From: Acholeplasmataceae bacterium
Lineage (GTDB): Bacteria > Bacillota_I > Bacilli_A > Acholeplasmatales > Acholeplasmataceae
DNA: 64,000 bases
Reading direction: 5' to 3'
NCBI GenBank assembly: GCA_963667565.1
Contig: OY763415.1
Location: 1,376,001 to 1,440,000, forward strand
Of this stretch, positions 28,481-40,662 are shown piece by piece (the first letter of the stretch is position 1; each line of letters opens with the position of its first letter). Below the pieces are notes generated by a model. That model had not been told where the DNA came from. It ran no database searches and saw only the letters and a program-made list of their open reading frames with translations. The position numbers were made by a program, and so were the translations under genes.

Positions 28481-29935
28481 ATGAACAACAAAGAAATGAT
28501 TTATGATTACGCAATTATTGGAGCTGGTATTGTCGGTTCTTTAATTGCTAGATACTTAAGTCAGTATGAATCAAAAACAATTTTATTAGAAAAAGAAAAC
28601 GACATTGCAAATGTTCAAACCAGTGCGAACAGTGCAATCATCCATTCCGGTCATGATCCACAACCTGGAACATTAAAAGCAAAACTTTGTGTTTTAGGAA
28701 ATGAGATGTATGATGAACTAGAAAAAACAATGCATATACCATTAAGACGTACTGGCGCGTTTGTGGTTGCTAAAAATGAGACTGAATTAAAAACACTTGT
28801 TCTACTTCAAGAAAGAGCTAAACTTAACGGTGTAAAATCTTATCAGCTTTTACTAAAAGATCAAATCAAACTTGAAGAACCGCACTTAAATGACACCATT
28901 GTAGGTGCACTTTCATTACCTACAACCAAAGTAACCTTTCCATGGGAAGTTGCTATTAAAGCATGTCATGTAGCCATTAAAAATGGTGTAACTTTTCAAA
29001 AGAATGCCATGGTCACAAACATCTCATATCAAAATGACATCTTTGATATTGAAGTGAACAAAAACACGCACATCTTAGCAAAGCATATCATTAATTCAAG
29101 TGGTGTAAATTCAAAAGAACTTTCTTCTTTTTTAGATGAGGAACTCCCATTTCATTCAACACCTAAACGTGGAGAATACTTTGTTCTTGATCGACAAATA
29201 GATGGCATGTTTAAACATGTTATCTATCCACTGCCTTCACAAAAAGGTAAAGGTGTATTAATTACACCTCAAACACATGGAAATATCTTATTAGGGCCAA
29301 CAAGTGATTATACTGATAATCAAATCACTTATACGACAAAAGATGGATTATCTTATGTGAAAGAACACGTTAAAGACTTGTGTGATCACATACCTTATCC
29401 ATATATCATTAGATCATTTTCAGGTATACGTGCAAGTATCGATACTAAAGACTTCTACATCAAACCATCTTCTAAATACCCTAACTTTTACATCCTTGCT
29501 GGTATCGATTCACCTGGTCTTACAGCAGCACCTGCGATTGCGAAATATCTAGTTGATGAAATCATTCAAATCAAAGACCCAATAAAAGATACTTTTAATC
29601 CTTACTTAGATCAAGATATCGTATTTAAAGACTTATCTTTAAAGCGTCAACAAGAATTATATAAAGAAAAACCGAAATATGGTCATGTCATTTGTCAATG
29701 TGAACACGTCAGTGAACAAGAAATTATTGATGCTATTTTATCTCCTGTTGGAAGTCAAACCCTCAAGGGTATAAAAAAACGAACACGAGCAGGTGCAGGT
29801 ACATGCCAAGGTGGATACTGTCAATCTGAAGTGCTAAGGATTATTGCAAGTGTAACTGAAACAGATCCTACTTCTATTAATTATGATGCATTAGGTACTG
29901 AGATACTTGATAAAGAATCGAAGGTGGGCATATGA
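28481..29935 (+). CDS. FAD-dependent glycerol-3-phosphate dehydrogenase/oxidase-like subunit with C-terminal BFD-like [2Fe-2S] domain
   Basis: GAGIVG, NSAIIHSG, SPGLTAAPAIA, CQCEHV...GAGTCQGGYC; lies in the glp cluster. Confidence 0.85.
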   Translation: MNNKEMIYDYAIIGAGIVGSLIARYLSQYESKTILLEKENDIANVQTSANSAIIHSGHDPQPGTLKAKLCVLGNEMYDELEKTMHIPLRRTGAFVVAKNETELKTLVLLQERAKLNGVKSYQLLLKDQIKLEEPHLNDTIVGALSLPTTKVTFPWEVAIKACHVAIKNGVTFQKNAMVTNISYQNDIFDIEVNKNTHILAKHIINSSGVNSKELSSFLDEELPFHSTPKRGEYFVLDRQIDGMFKHVIYPLPSQKGKGVLITPQTHGNILLGPTSDYTDNQITYTTKDGLSYVKEHVKDLCDHIPYPYIIRSFSGIRASIDTKDFYIKPSSKYPNFYILAGIDSPGLTAAPAIAKYLVDEIIQIKDPIKDTFNPYLDQDIVFKDLSLKRQQELYKEKPKYGHVICQCEHVSEQEIIDAILSPVGSQTLKGIKKRTRAGAGTCQGGYCQSEVLRIIASVTETDPTSINYDALGTEILDKESKVGI

Positions 29936-31195
29936 GAAAAGCATATGATGTCACCATCATCGGTGGTGGATCTGCAGGATTAGCTGCAGCAAAAGCATTT
30001 AAAGGAACGAACACAAAAGTCGCTTTAGTAGAAAGATCTCACATATTAGGTGGCATATTAAATCAATGCATCCACAATGGATTTGGACTTCATGTATTTA
30101 AAGAAATGCTTACTGGTCCAGAATTCGCACAAAGATTCATTGATGATATTGATGAAAAACAACTTGATGTATATTTAGACACAACCGTTTTAGATGTCAA
30201 ACAGGACAATCCCTTCATCTTAACTTGTAGCAGTGAATATGATGGTATTTATGAACTCGAATCAAAAACAATCATCTTATCGAGTGGTTGTTATGAACGC
30301 TCTAGAGGTGCTATATCAATTCCGGGTTCAAGACCCAATGGTATTATGACTGCTGGTACTGCACAAAAATATTTAAATATTGATGGTTATTTAGTTGGTA
30401 AAAATGTATTTATTTTAGGTAGTGGTGACATTGGACTTATTATGGCAAGACGTATGACTTTAGAAGGTGCTAAAGTTTTAGGTGTTGCAGAAATGATGCC
30501 TTACTCTAATGGTTTAAATAGAAATATCGCACAATGTTTAGATGACTTTGACATTCCACTCTATTTATCTCATACGATTGTTGACATTAAAGGTGAAAAA
30601 AACCTTGAGTCAATTACCATTCAACAATTAGATGAAAAATTTAATCCAATTGAAGGCACACAAAAAACATTTGAAGTTGATACACTTTTGTTATCTGTTG
30701 GACTTATTCCAGATATTAAAGTTTTTGAACATCTTGATTTAACTTTAAATCCAATCACTAAAAGTATTAATGTTAATCAAAACTACCAAACATCAATACC
30801 TGGCATATTTGCATGTGGCAATGCACTTCATGTTCATGATTTGGTCGATGATGTTGTCATTGAATCGATGCGAGCTGGCCATGCTGTATTAAATTATTTA
30901 TCCGCTTCACAAAGCCATGTGACACCAAATTCAAAAGTTGTATATGACCACCACATTAGATATGTTGTTCCTCATCTACTCAATACTAACTATTTACTCA
31001 ATGACGATCTTATCTTTTTATTTAGAACAACGCAAAAATTTGATGAAGCATACTTTATCGTTAAACAAGGCGACAAAGAAATATATAGAAAAAAACATCG
31101 TTTTATCGTTCCAGCTGAAATGAATAAAATTGAAATCAAGCGAAGTGCTGTTGATTTATCAAAAGACTTATCAATATCACTTGAGGAGGTTAAAC

Positions 31196-31206
<11 letters not shown>
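29932..31206 (+). CDS. FAD/NAD(P)-dependent oxidoreductase, partner subunit
   Basis: GGGSAG, GGILNQCIHNGFG, GSGDIG and ACGNALHVHDLVD. Confidence 0.85.
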
Positions 31207-33042
<1,836 letters not shown>

Positions 33043-33050
33043 TACAATAA

Positions 33051-33075
33051 AAAAAGACTTCAATTGAAGTCTTTT
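33051..33075. terminator. Bidirectional terminator between glpK and the feo operon
   Basis: aaaagacttcaattgaagtctttt inverted repeat. Confidence 0.75.
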
Positions 33076-33208
33076 ATTTTGTGATTTTATTTTGTGAATA
33101 TGAACACACTTTACATGCTTTCTCATCTTTATGTTTTACCATTTGATAGATAATACCAAAGATAATACCTGCAGTCACAATTAAAATAATAATATCTGCT
33201 AACGTCAT
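33074..33208 (-). CDS. FeoB-associated Cys-containing small membrane protein (44 aa)
   Basis: Not in ORF track. MTLADIIILIVTAGIIFGIIYQMVKHKDEKACKVCSYSQNKITK; ATGA overlap with the feoB stop, GAGGTG RBS. Confidence 0.8.
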   Translation of the reverse strand: MTLADIIILIVTAGIIFGIIYQMVKHKDEKACKVCSYSQNKITK

Positions 33209-35187
33209 AATAACACCTCAATTAAATGTCCTACTTGATATACAATGGTTGCAAGCACCCAAGCAATCCCTGTTTGTAGCCCTAAAGCTCTCCATAATGT
33301 CTTAGAATTTCCAAGTTCTCTATTCATCGCACCTACGGCACCAAAACAAGGCGCACTAAATAAATTAAAGACCATAAATGCATATGCTGAAGAAGCTGAG
33401 AAAAATCCGAATGCGGATGCATTAAAGATCAGCACTCCAGCGCTTGTATCTTCACTAAATCCTGCAATAATTGCCATAGATGATACAACTTGTTCTTTTG
33501 CAACCAATCCTTGAATCGCTGAAACTGAAGCTTCCCAACTAAATGTTCCTAAAAATGGATAGAAAAACCATGAGAATAATTTACCAATGCCAGCAAGCAT
33601 ACTTTGATCTGGTGACACACCGTATTCAAATGTAAATGAGAAACTAATGAGTAACCATATAGCAACACTTGCCATAAAAATGATTGTTCCTGCTTGCGTA
33701 ATAAATGCTTTAACTTTTAAATAAACATCTTTAAATATATAAGATGCTTGAGGCAATTTATAAGATGGTAGTTCTAAAATAAAATTAGAATTATGATCCT
33801 TATAAAATATCTTTTTAAATATAAATGCTACAACAACAATAATCGTAATTGCTAAGAAATACAATGATGCACTCACTAATCCTGAATGATCACTAAAGAA
33901 ATATCCTGCAAACAATGTAATAATAGGAAGCTTAGCACTACATGGAATAAATGGTGTAAGCATAATTGTCATTTTCTTTTCTGTCTCATCAGATATTGAT
34001 CTAGCTGACATGATGGCTGGCACACTACATCCACTACCAATAATAAATGGAATAAGTGATTTTCCTGATAATCCAACTTTTTGAAATACTCTATCTAAGA
34101 AAAAGGCAATTCTAGACATATAACCAGTTGCTTCTAATAATGAAATCATTAAAAATAGAATCATTAATTGCGGTACAAAGTTAAGCACTGCACCAACACC
34201 AGCAACAATCCCATCGATGACTAAACTTCTAGACCAATCAGATGCATGCCAAATGATGAGTCTTTGACTGAGCCATTCGGAAAAACTACCAATCGTGTGG
34301 TCGACAAAGTCTACTGTCAATCCACCAAAAGGTCCAGCAGCTAAATAATAAATAGAAAACATGATGAGTGCAAAAATAGGCAATGCTAAATACTTATTTA
34401 ATACGATACGATCAATCTTATCCGTGAGAGACATGTGTAATTTATGCCATTTGATCGATTCATCTCTTAAGTTTTCAATATATCGATATCTTTCATCAAT
34501 GATGATTTGTTCTAAATCTCTTTGATACTCTGGTTTTAGTTGATCAATCAAACGATGCGTTTCATCATTTTGATATGCATCAAACTTTTGATGTTCTTCA
34601 ATCAGTTTTAATGCAACATATCTTTTATATGGATGATTGATTTGATCTTCAATTTTTGGTAGTTGATTTTCAATGATGTGATCAAAAATACGTGCATACT
34701 CATTTTTTCTATAAACACCACCTTTGATTAATTTAATTAAATCAAAGATACCTGTCTTTTTTAATGCTGAAATTTGAATGGTGGTTGTATCTAATTTGTT
34801 TTCTAAAAAATCATAATCGATTTTTATACCATGTCGATCGATTAAATCTGTCATATTAATCGCCAATATCATTGGTTTGCCTAACTCTAGAAGTTGAGTC
34901 GTTAAATACAAACTTCTTTCCATAGCTGTAGCATCCACAATATTAACAATTAAATCAACTTGCTCATTTAATAAATAATCTACTGTGATTTGTTCATCTT
35001 GGCTATAAGCACTCAGTGAATAAACCCCAGGTAAATCGATAATCTCAAAATCTGTACTTCTAATTAATCCTTCTTTTTTTTCGATGGTTACCCCTGGCCA
35101 ATTACCTGTTCTTTGATGAGAACCAGTGAGTAAATTAAAGAGCGTTGTTTTCCCTGAGTTTTGATTACCAACTAAAGCAACTCTCAT
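33205..35187 (-). CDS. feoB: Ferrous iron transporter B
   Basis: GNQNSGKTT, GNWPGVT, DLPGVYSL, then a membrane domain with GCSVPA. Confidence 0.96.
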   Translation of the reverse strand: MRVALVGNQNSGKTTLFNLLTGSHQRTGNWPGVTIEKKEGLIRSTDFEIIDLPGVYSLSAYSQDEQITVDYLLNEQVDLIVNIVDATAMERSLYLTTQLLELGKPMILAINMTDLIDRHGIKIDYDFLENKLDTTTIQISALKKTGIFDLIKLIKGGVYRKNEYARIFDHIIENQLPKIEDQINHPYKRYVALKLIEEHQKFDAYQNDETHRLIDQLKPEYQRDLEQIIIDERYRYIENLRDESIKWHKLHMSLTDKIDRIVLNKYLALPIFALIMFSIYYLAAGPFGGLTVDFVDHTIGSFSEWLSQRLIIWHASDWSRSLVIDGIVAGVGAVLNFVPQLMILFLMISLLEATGYMSRIAFFLDRVFQKVGLSGKSLIPFIIGSGCSVPAIMSARSISDETEKKMTIMLTPFIPCSAKLPIITLFAGYFFSDHSGLVSASLYFLAITIIVVVAFIFKKIFYKDHNSNFILELPSYKLPQASYIFKDVYLKVKAFITQAGTIIFMASVAIWLLISFSFTFEYGVSPDQSMLAGIGKLFSWFFYPFLGTFSWEASVSAIQGLVAKEQVVSSMAIIAGFSEDTSAGVLIFNASAFGFFSASSAYAFMVFNLFSAPCFGAVGAMNRELGNSKTLWRALGLQTGIAWVLATIVYQVGHLIEVLL

Positions 35188-35450
35188 TTGATAACCTCCA
35201 CTTCAATTAAAGATAAATCCTTTTTTCTTAAACAAAGTTCATATCCCCTAAGTTCAATATCAACAGGATCTCCCAGAGGTGCTACCTTTTTAACTTTGAT
35301 TTGCACACCTTCTGTGATACCCATATCCATTAATCTTCTTTTAAAAATATGGTCTGTTGTATGTATATGACTCACTCTAATCTTCATACCTTTAGGTATG
35401 AGATCAAGTGTCGTTTTATCGCCTATATTTAAATGCTCGTTTTTCTTCAT
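35184..35450 (-). CDS. feoA: Ferrous iron transport protein A
   Basis: RRLMDMGI...APLGDP...LRGYELCLRK. Confidence 0.93.
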   Translation of the reverse strand: MKKNEHLNIGDKTTLDLIPKGMKIRVSHIHTTDHIFKRRLMDMGITEGVQIKVKKVAPLGDPVDIELRGYELCLRKKDLSLIEVEVIK

Positions 35451-35550
35451 GAACTCGCAACTCCATTTCATTAAGTACTTCTATATTATATTGATTAAGA
35501 AATACAAAATCAAATGATATCATAAAGATTCTAATTAAGACTATAAATAA

Positions 35551-35574
35551 AAAAAGGCTTAAATTTAAGCCTTT
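35551..35574 (-). terminator. Terminator after the GGDEF gene
   Basis: aaaggcttaaatttaagccttt inverted repeat with adjacent A tract. Confidence 0.65.
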
Positions 35575-36703
35575 ATTTTTTATCTGCGATTTGATGTTTT
35601 TGACGATACATTTTTAAGTCAACATGGTTGAAGAAATCAATCACGGTTTCAAATTTATCTTCATCATAAAAATCATATCCATAGCTAATTTTTAATACAT
35701 AACTCTCTCTACTTTGCTTGTTGAGGTCATTAATGTTTTCAATAATTCGTTTAATCACATTTTCAACAACTGCTTCATCTTGTGCTGATAAGATGATTGC
35801 AAATTCGTCACCACCAATGCGGCTAACAAAATCTTTCGTTCGTACTGAACTTTGTAATATATCGCTAATTCTAATGAGCGCTTTATCGCCTTCATTATGC
35901 CCATAAATATCATTGATTTGTTTAAAGTCATCTAAGTCAATAATAATACCATAGATTTTTTCTGACTTGTTTGAATTGTTTTTAACTCTAGCGAGTTGTG
36001 TTTCAAACTCTCTACGATTGAATAGTCCAGTTAAATAGTCTGTCTTTGTTAATTTTAGTTGCATATAAATATAACTAATCAGCAATGAAATGATTAATGC
36101 ATTCCAAATCAAATTTGTTTCTTTATAAACAATTAAAAATGCCATCGCAATTGAGGGTGTAGATATAAATAACACTAAAGGTGTTATATCTGCTTTTGTT
36201 AAATGTCTAGCATCCATCGCTGTGACAATAAAACTAATAAATGCAACAACATAAATCGACCCTGCATACCATAATCTTAATGGACCTGGTGAATAAATAT
36301 TGGTATAGGTTTCTATGTCAAATAGATACTGCCCTTTTAAACTTAAGATTGATAAAATCACACTGCTTACAACAACAAAAATATAGATGACGTGTCTCTT
36401 CTTAAATTGATATTGATTTTTATAAATCTCAAAATCTAAAAAGACTGCACTTAAAAATACAACTGCTGGTGAGATGGCATGATATAAAATTAAAGCAATT
36501 ACCAATATAATTCTTGCTAAATTTCCAGGTACTCCACTCATACCCAAATAGATTGATTCTAAGATGAGAACAACGATTGTTGACCATAAGATGATAAAAA
36601 ATAATCTATTTAATTTTACAGATCTATAAATTTGACTTTTTAGACTGAAATATAAAATTAAAGCAATAATGATTGATAAAATATTATTTTGAATCTCGTA
36701 CAT
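35573..36703 (-). CDS. Membrane-bound diguanylate cyclase (GGDEF)
   Basis: Multi-TM N-terminus; DYLTGLFNRR, DLDDFKQINDIYGH, RTKD I-site, RIGGDEF. Confidence 0.93.
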   Translation of the reverse strand: MYEIQNNILSIIIALILYFSLKSQIYRSVKLNRLFFIILWSTIVVLILESIYLGMSGVPGNLARIILVIALILYHAISPAVVFLSAVFLDFEIYKNQYQFKKRHVIYIFVVVSSVILSILSLKGQYLFDIETYTNIYSPGPLRLWYAGSIYVVAFISFIVTAMDARHLTKADITPLVLFISTPSIAMAFLIVYKETNLIWNALIISLLISYIYMQLKLTKTDYLTGLFNRREFETQLARVKNNSNKSEKIYGIIIDLDDFKQINDIYGHNEGDKALIRISDILQSSVRTKDFVSRIGGDEFAIILSAQDEAVVENVIKRIIENINDLNKQSRESYVLKISYGYDFYDEDKFETVIDFFNHVDLKMYRQKHQIADKK

Positions 36704-36827
36704 ATTTTAACGCATCCTTATATACAACTTTTTTACCATTTACATTATAACACAAACGATATAAAAATTATATATTCTATAATTTAATATGATATACTAA
36801 AACCATAAATATAGAGGAGGTAATTTT

Positions 36828-37058
36828 GTGGGATTCATTAAAGCAATAGATGGTCTACCTTGGATTATTAAGTTAATACTTGCGTTACCAGGATTTGATG
36901 TTGTATATGGTATCTATCGTTTAGTTAAAGGCTTTAACAAAAATGATAATGTACTCATCGTCGCTGGAATTATTTGGATTTTTGCTGGTTGGGCAATACT
37001 TTGGATCATAGATGTAATTACCGTTGTATTTAACGAAAAAATTACAGTACTTGCATAA
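36828..37058 (+). CDS. Small hypothetical membrane protein
   Basis: Strong GAGGAGG RBS, hydrophobic sequence, terminator directly after. Confidence 0.75.
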   Translation: MGFIKAIDGLPWIIKLILALPGFDVVYGIYRLVKGFNKNDNVLIVAGIIWIFAGWAILWIIDVITVVFNEKITVLA

Positions 37059-37060
37059 TA

Positions 37061-37092
37061 AAAAGGACGAACCTTATGAGGTTTGTCCTTTT
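37061..37092. terminator. Bidirectional terminator
   Basis: aaaaggacgaacct-tatg-aggtttgtcctttt. Confidence 0.75.
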
Positions 37093-37113
37093 ATTTAATG
37101 ATTTAAAATTAGA

Positions 37114-38487
37114 TTATACGAGTGCGCCTACAGTAAAATACACAATAAATGCTAATGCTAACACATATAAAACAGGACTTACTTCTTTTCCACGCTTTTG
37201 AATAAGCATCATAAGAACAAATGCAGTAAATCCAAATGCAATACCATTACCAATTGAATATGTTAACATCATCATGATGATTGTGATAAATGCTGCTGCT
37301 AAAGTTGGCGCATCATCCCAATTGATATTTCTAACTTGTGAAAACATTAAAATACCAACAAGTACTAATGCCATTGAAGTTAATGCTGAACTTGTAATAA
37401 AGATACTAAATACAGGATATGCAACAATTGAGATTAAGAATAATAATCCAACAACAACTGATGATAAACCAGTTTTTGCCCCTGATTCAATACCAGCACT
37501 TGACTCAATAAATGAAGTGACAGTTGAAGTACCCAACATCGCACCGACTGTTGTACCAATAGCATCAGTTAACATTGCTTTGTTAACATTTTCTAGTTCA
37601 CCTTTTTCATTTAATAACCCCGCAGGTTCAGAAACTGCAATCAACGTACCCGCTGTATCAAAGATATCAAGATAAATAAGTGAGAATAAAACAAACCATA
37701 AGTCAGCTTTTCCAAATACTGTTGATAAACCATCAGCAAAACCTAAGAATGTATCACCAAATGAACTTAAATTTGAATAACCAGTTGAAAAAGCTGGCAT
37801 ACCATTTACCCCAAGTAAACCTAAGACAAATCCAACAATAGCTGTAATGACCATTGAAAGGATTAATGCAAATTTAGATACTTTACCTTTATATACAAAT
37901 AAACCTAAAGCTAAGAAGATTCCAAATAATGCAAGTAAAACAGATGGGTTAGAAAAGTCACCTAAACTCACTGCAGTTGCAGAATTTGCAACAACAATAC
38001 CGGCATTCTTTAAACCAATGAATGCAATGAAGAAACCAATACCAGCACCAATTGCTTTTTTAAGACTTGCTGGTACTGCATTGATAATCCATGTTCTAAT
38101 TGGTGTTAATGAGATCACTAAGAAAATAATCCCTGATAAAAAGACTGCTGCTAATGCTTCTTGCCAGCTATAACCATTGCTTAATACTAATGTGTATGCT
38201 ACTAAAGCGTTAATCCCCATACCTGGTGCTAAAGCGATAGGATAGTTTGCATAAACACCCATTAAAATTGTTGCTAACCCTGCAGCAAGTGCAGTTGCCA
38301 CAAAGACACCACCTGTAGGAAACGCAAATCCATCAGGTAACCCTTCGATATCTAGCAAACCTAAAACTGCTGGATTTACTGCAAGAATATAAGCCATGGC
38401 TAAGAATGTAACTAATCCCCCGATAAGTTCAGCTCTTACAGATGATCCTCTTTCTTCAATCTTGAAGAATTTTTTTACTTTTTCCAC
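37114..38487 (-). CDS. NCS2/AzgA-like guanine/hypoxanthine permease (PbuG-like)
   Basis: TFLAMAYILAVNP, LAPGMG, FDTAGT and ESSAGI; purine riboswitch upstream. GTG start after GGAG. Confidence 0.92.
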   Translation of the reverse strand: MEKVKKFFKIEERGSSVRAELIGGLVTFLAMAYILAVNPAVLGLLDIEGLPDGFAFPTGGVFVATALAAGLATILMGVYANYPIALAPGMGINALVAYTLVLSNGYSWQEALAAVFLSGIIFLVISLTPIRTWIINAVPASLKKAIGAGIGFFIAFIGLKNAGIVVANSATAVSLGDFSNPSVLLALFGIFLALGLFVYKGKVSKFALILSMVITAIVGFVLGLLGVNGMPAFSTGYSNLSSFGDTFLGFADGLSTVFGKADLWFVLFSLIYLDIFDTAGTLIAVSEPAGLLNEKGELENVNKAMLTDAIGTTVGAMLGTSTVTSFIESSAGIESGAKTGLSSVVVGLLFLISIVAYPVFSIFITSSALTSMALVLVGILMFSQVRNINWDDAPTLAAAFITIIMMMLTYSIGNGIAFGFTAFVLMMLIQKRGKEVSPVLYVLALAFIVYFTVGALV

Positions 38488-38595
38488 TATTTTTTCTCCT
38501 TTTGTTTTTTTTGTATTCAACATATGTATCAAAAAAACAAAAAAACCACAAATATGTGGTTTCTACATTATGAAAACAGCAAAAAAATGTTTCCA

Positions 38596-38664
38596 TATCG
38601 TAGTCGCGCGATTTACGGTTGCACGGTAGAAACTTGACCACCACATTAGGTCGATTATACGATA
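38596..38664 (-). promoter_or_regulatory. Purine riboswitch, guanine-type
   Basis: TATCGTATAA...GTTTCTAC...CCGTAAA...GACTACGATA with a C at the discriminator position. Terminator hairpin aaaccaca/tgtggttt near 38543-38562. Confidence 0.93.
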
Positions 38665-38760
38665 GATTGAATACTCTACAATTATAACAAAGCACCTATA
38701 TCTTGTAAAGGTGCCTTTTATCTTTTTTTAATTTTCAAACCCGCTTTTAAAACCTATACT

Positions 38761-39213
38761 CTATTCGACTCGAGTAAGGATCTCAAATGCTTCATCAACA
38801 GTAGTCGCATTTAACAATTCATTTCTAAAACTCTCGTGTATCAGACTTCTAGATAACATCGCTAATACTTTCAAGTGTAAATTGACACCGTCTTCAGGAA
38901 TACAGATTAAGAAGAAAAGTTGTGCCTTTTGTCCATCTAAACTTTTAAACTCGATGCCTTCAGTAGATCTGCCAAACACAACAGATGGTTTATTGATATG
39001 TGATGTCTTAGCGTGTGGAAGAGCAATCTTTAATCCAATCCCTGTTGTATCTAATGATTCTCTTACTAAAACATCATCAATAAGTCCATTTAAATCATCA
39101 ATATGCCCTTTTTGGTTCATCAATGTCGCAAGTTCATTAATCACATCTTCTTTATTGATAGATTCTAAATTCAATTTAATATCTTCTTTATCCATAAAAT
39201 CTAATAGTCTCAT
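38761..39213 (-). CDS. PTS EIIA component, fructose/mannitol/Ntr family
   Basis: RE...TTGIG..IALPHA (phospho-His) and HLKVLA.LSR. Confidence 0.9.
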   Translation of the reverse strand: MRLLDFMDKEDIKLNLESINKEDVINELATLMNQKGHIDDLNGLIDDVLVRESLDTTGIGLKIALPHAKTSHINKPSVVFGRSTEGIEFKSLDGQKAQLFFLICIPEDGVNLHLKVLAMLSRSLIHESFRNELLNATTVDEAFEILTRVE

Positions 39214-39371
39214 GGTTTTCTCCTAGGTTTAATCGTTATTGTTCATATTCACTTATATTATACCAAAACTGGTGTTATTGTGATATATATTAGAGCATAT
39301 CACCATACTTTGAGGTTCGTATGATTTATAATATTAATAGATATTTATATCAAAGGAGAATGAAAAATAAA

Positions 39372-40013
39372 ATGAATTTAAAAAAATATTTTGCTGAATT
39401 ATTCGGTACATTTGTCTTAGTGTTTGTGGGTACTGCTACTGCTATCGAAACTGGTGATCCATTATTTACTGCATTAGCATTCGGTTTAGTTGTTGTAGCA
39501 ATGGCTTATAGTATTGGCTCAATTTCAGGTGCACACTTAAATCCTGCTGTATCATTTGGATTAGCTTTAGGTAAAAGAATTACATGGAAAGACTTTGCAT
39601 TCTATGCATTATTCCAAGTCATTGGTGCTTTCTTAGCAAGTTTAGTTGTTGCATTAGTATTAGGTACAACTCAAACTTTAGGTGGTAATGAAGTCCAAGC
39701 TGCTTTAAATGGTAACTTATGGTTAGCATTACTTGTTGAAGTTATTGTTGCTACAGTATTTATCTTTGTGATTTTAAGTGTGACTTCAAAAGAAGAAAAT
39801 GCACGTGTTGCTGGATTTGTTATCGCTTTAACATTAGCTGTTTTAATCTTAGCGTCATTTAATTTATCAAATGCTGGTTTAAATCCTGCTAGATCACTTG
39901 CACCTGCTTTATTACAAGGTGGAACTGCATTAACTCAAGTATGGGTATTCATTTTAGGACCACTTGTTGGTGCTTTCTTAGGAAGTACATTATTTAAAGC
40001 ATTAAATAAATAA
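39372..40013 (+). CDS. MIP family channel (aquaporin)
   Basis: AELFGTF, SGAHLNPAV and GLNPARS. Confidence 0.93.
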   Translation: MNLKKYFAELFGTFVLVFVGTATAIETGDPLFTALAFGLVVVAMAYSIGSISGAHLNPAVSFGLALGKRITWKDFAFYALFQVIGAFLASLVVALVLGTTQTLGGNEVQAALNGNLWLALLVEVIVATVFIFVILSVTSKEENARVAGFVIALTLAVLILASFNLSNAGLNPARSLAPALLQGGTALTQVWVFILGPLVGAFLGSTLFKALNK

Positions 40014-40033
40014 TAGATACGCTTATCATAAAT

Positions 40034-40066
40034 AAAAGGTTCTCGTGATGACGAGAACCTTTTTTT
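40034..40066. terminator. Bidirectional terminator
   Basis: aaaaggttctcgt-gatg-acgagaacctttt. Confidence 0.8.
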
Positions 40067-40661
40067 ATAGTTTTTTTAATACTTCTAATAGATGATCTGC
40101 AATGATACTAAATCCAAATTGTGTTGGATGTACACCATCACTTAAGATATCTAATTTTTGATATTGCGATAAATAACGATCAAGTATGGCTTGCATATCC
40201 AAACATTTTAAATCAAAGTGTTTTGCAATTTCTTTGACCATGTCTTGCTCAATTTCTAAATCTTTTTGCCAAATAGGTTCATAGACACCAACATCAAAGA
40301 CAAATGGTGTCATCAATATGATTTCTGTATGTGGACATTCTTTTTTTGTCCATTCAATGAGTTTTATATAGTTTTCCTTAAATGCTTCTGGTAATACGAT
40401 ATCATTAAATGCATAGTGGTGCCATATTTCATTAATACCAATCAAGATGGTAACAACATCGGGTTTTAAATCAATTAAGTCTTCTTGCCAACGACGTAAT
40501 AAATCTGTTGTCTTATTTCCAGAAATACCTCTGTTAAATACTTTAACATCTTTTAATGCTTTTGAAATGATAGGTACATACCCATTTCCTAAATCATCAA
40601 AACTTGATTTATCTCTATTCCAATCAGTAATGGAATCACCTATACATACGAGTCTTTTCAT
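40065..40661 (-). CDS. SGNH/GDSL hydrolase
   Basis: GDSITD, NRGISG, GINE and DGVHP. Confidence 0.92.
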   Translation of the reverse strand: MKRLVCIGDSITDWNRDKSSFDDLGNGYVPIISKALKDVKVFNRGISGNKTTDLLRRWQEDLIDLKPDVVTILIGINEIWHHYAFNDIVLPEAFKENYIKLIEWTKKECPHTEIILMTPFVFDVGVYEPIWQKDLEIEQDMVKEIAKHFDLKCLDMQAILDRYLSQYQKLDILSDGVHPTQFGFSIIADHLLEVLKKL

Positions 40662-40662
40662 C

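Noticed and set aside
35505..35530. Fur-like box upstream of feoA (ATGATATCAT palindrome)
   Set aside because: Only 10 bp in AT-rich DNA and does not fit the 19-bp Fur box spacing.
38396..38695. ORFs 38396-38629 and 38456-38695
   Set aside because: They overlap the purine riboswitch, its terminator and the promoter.
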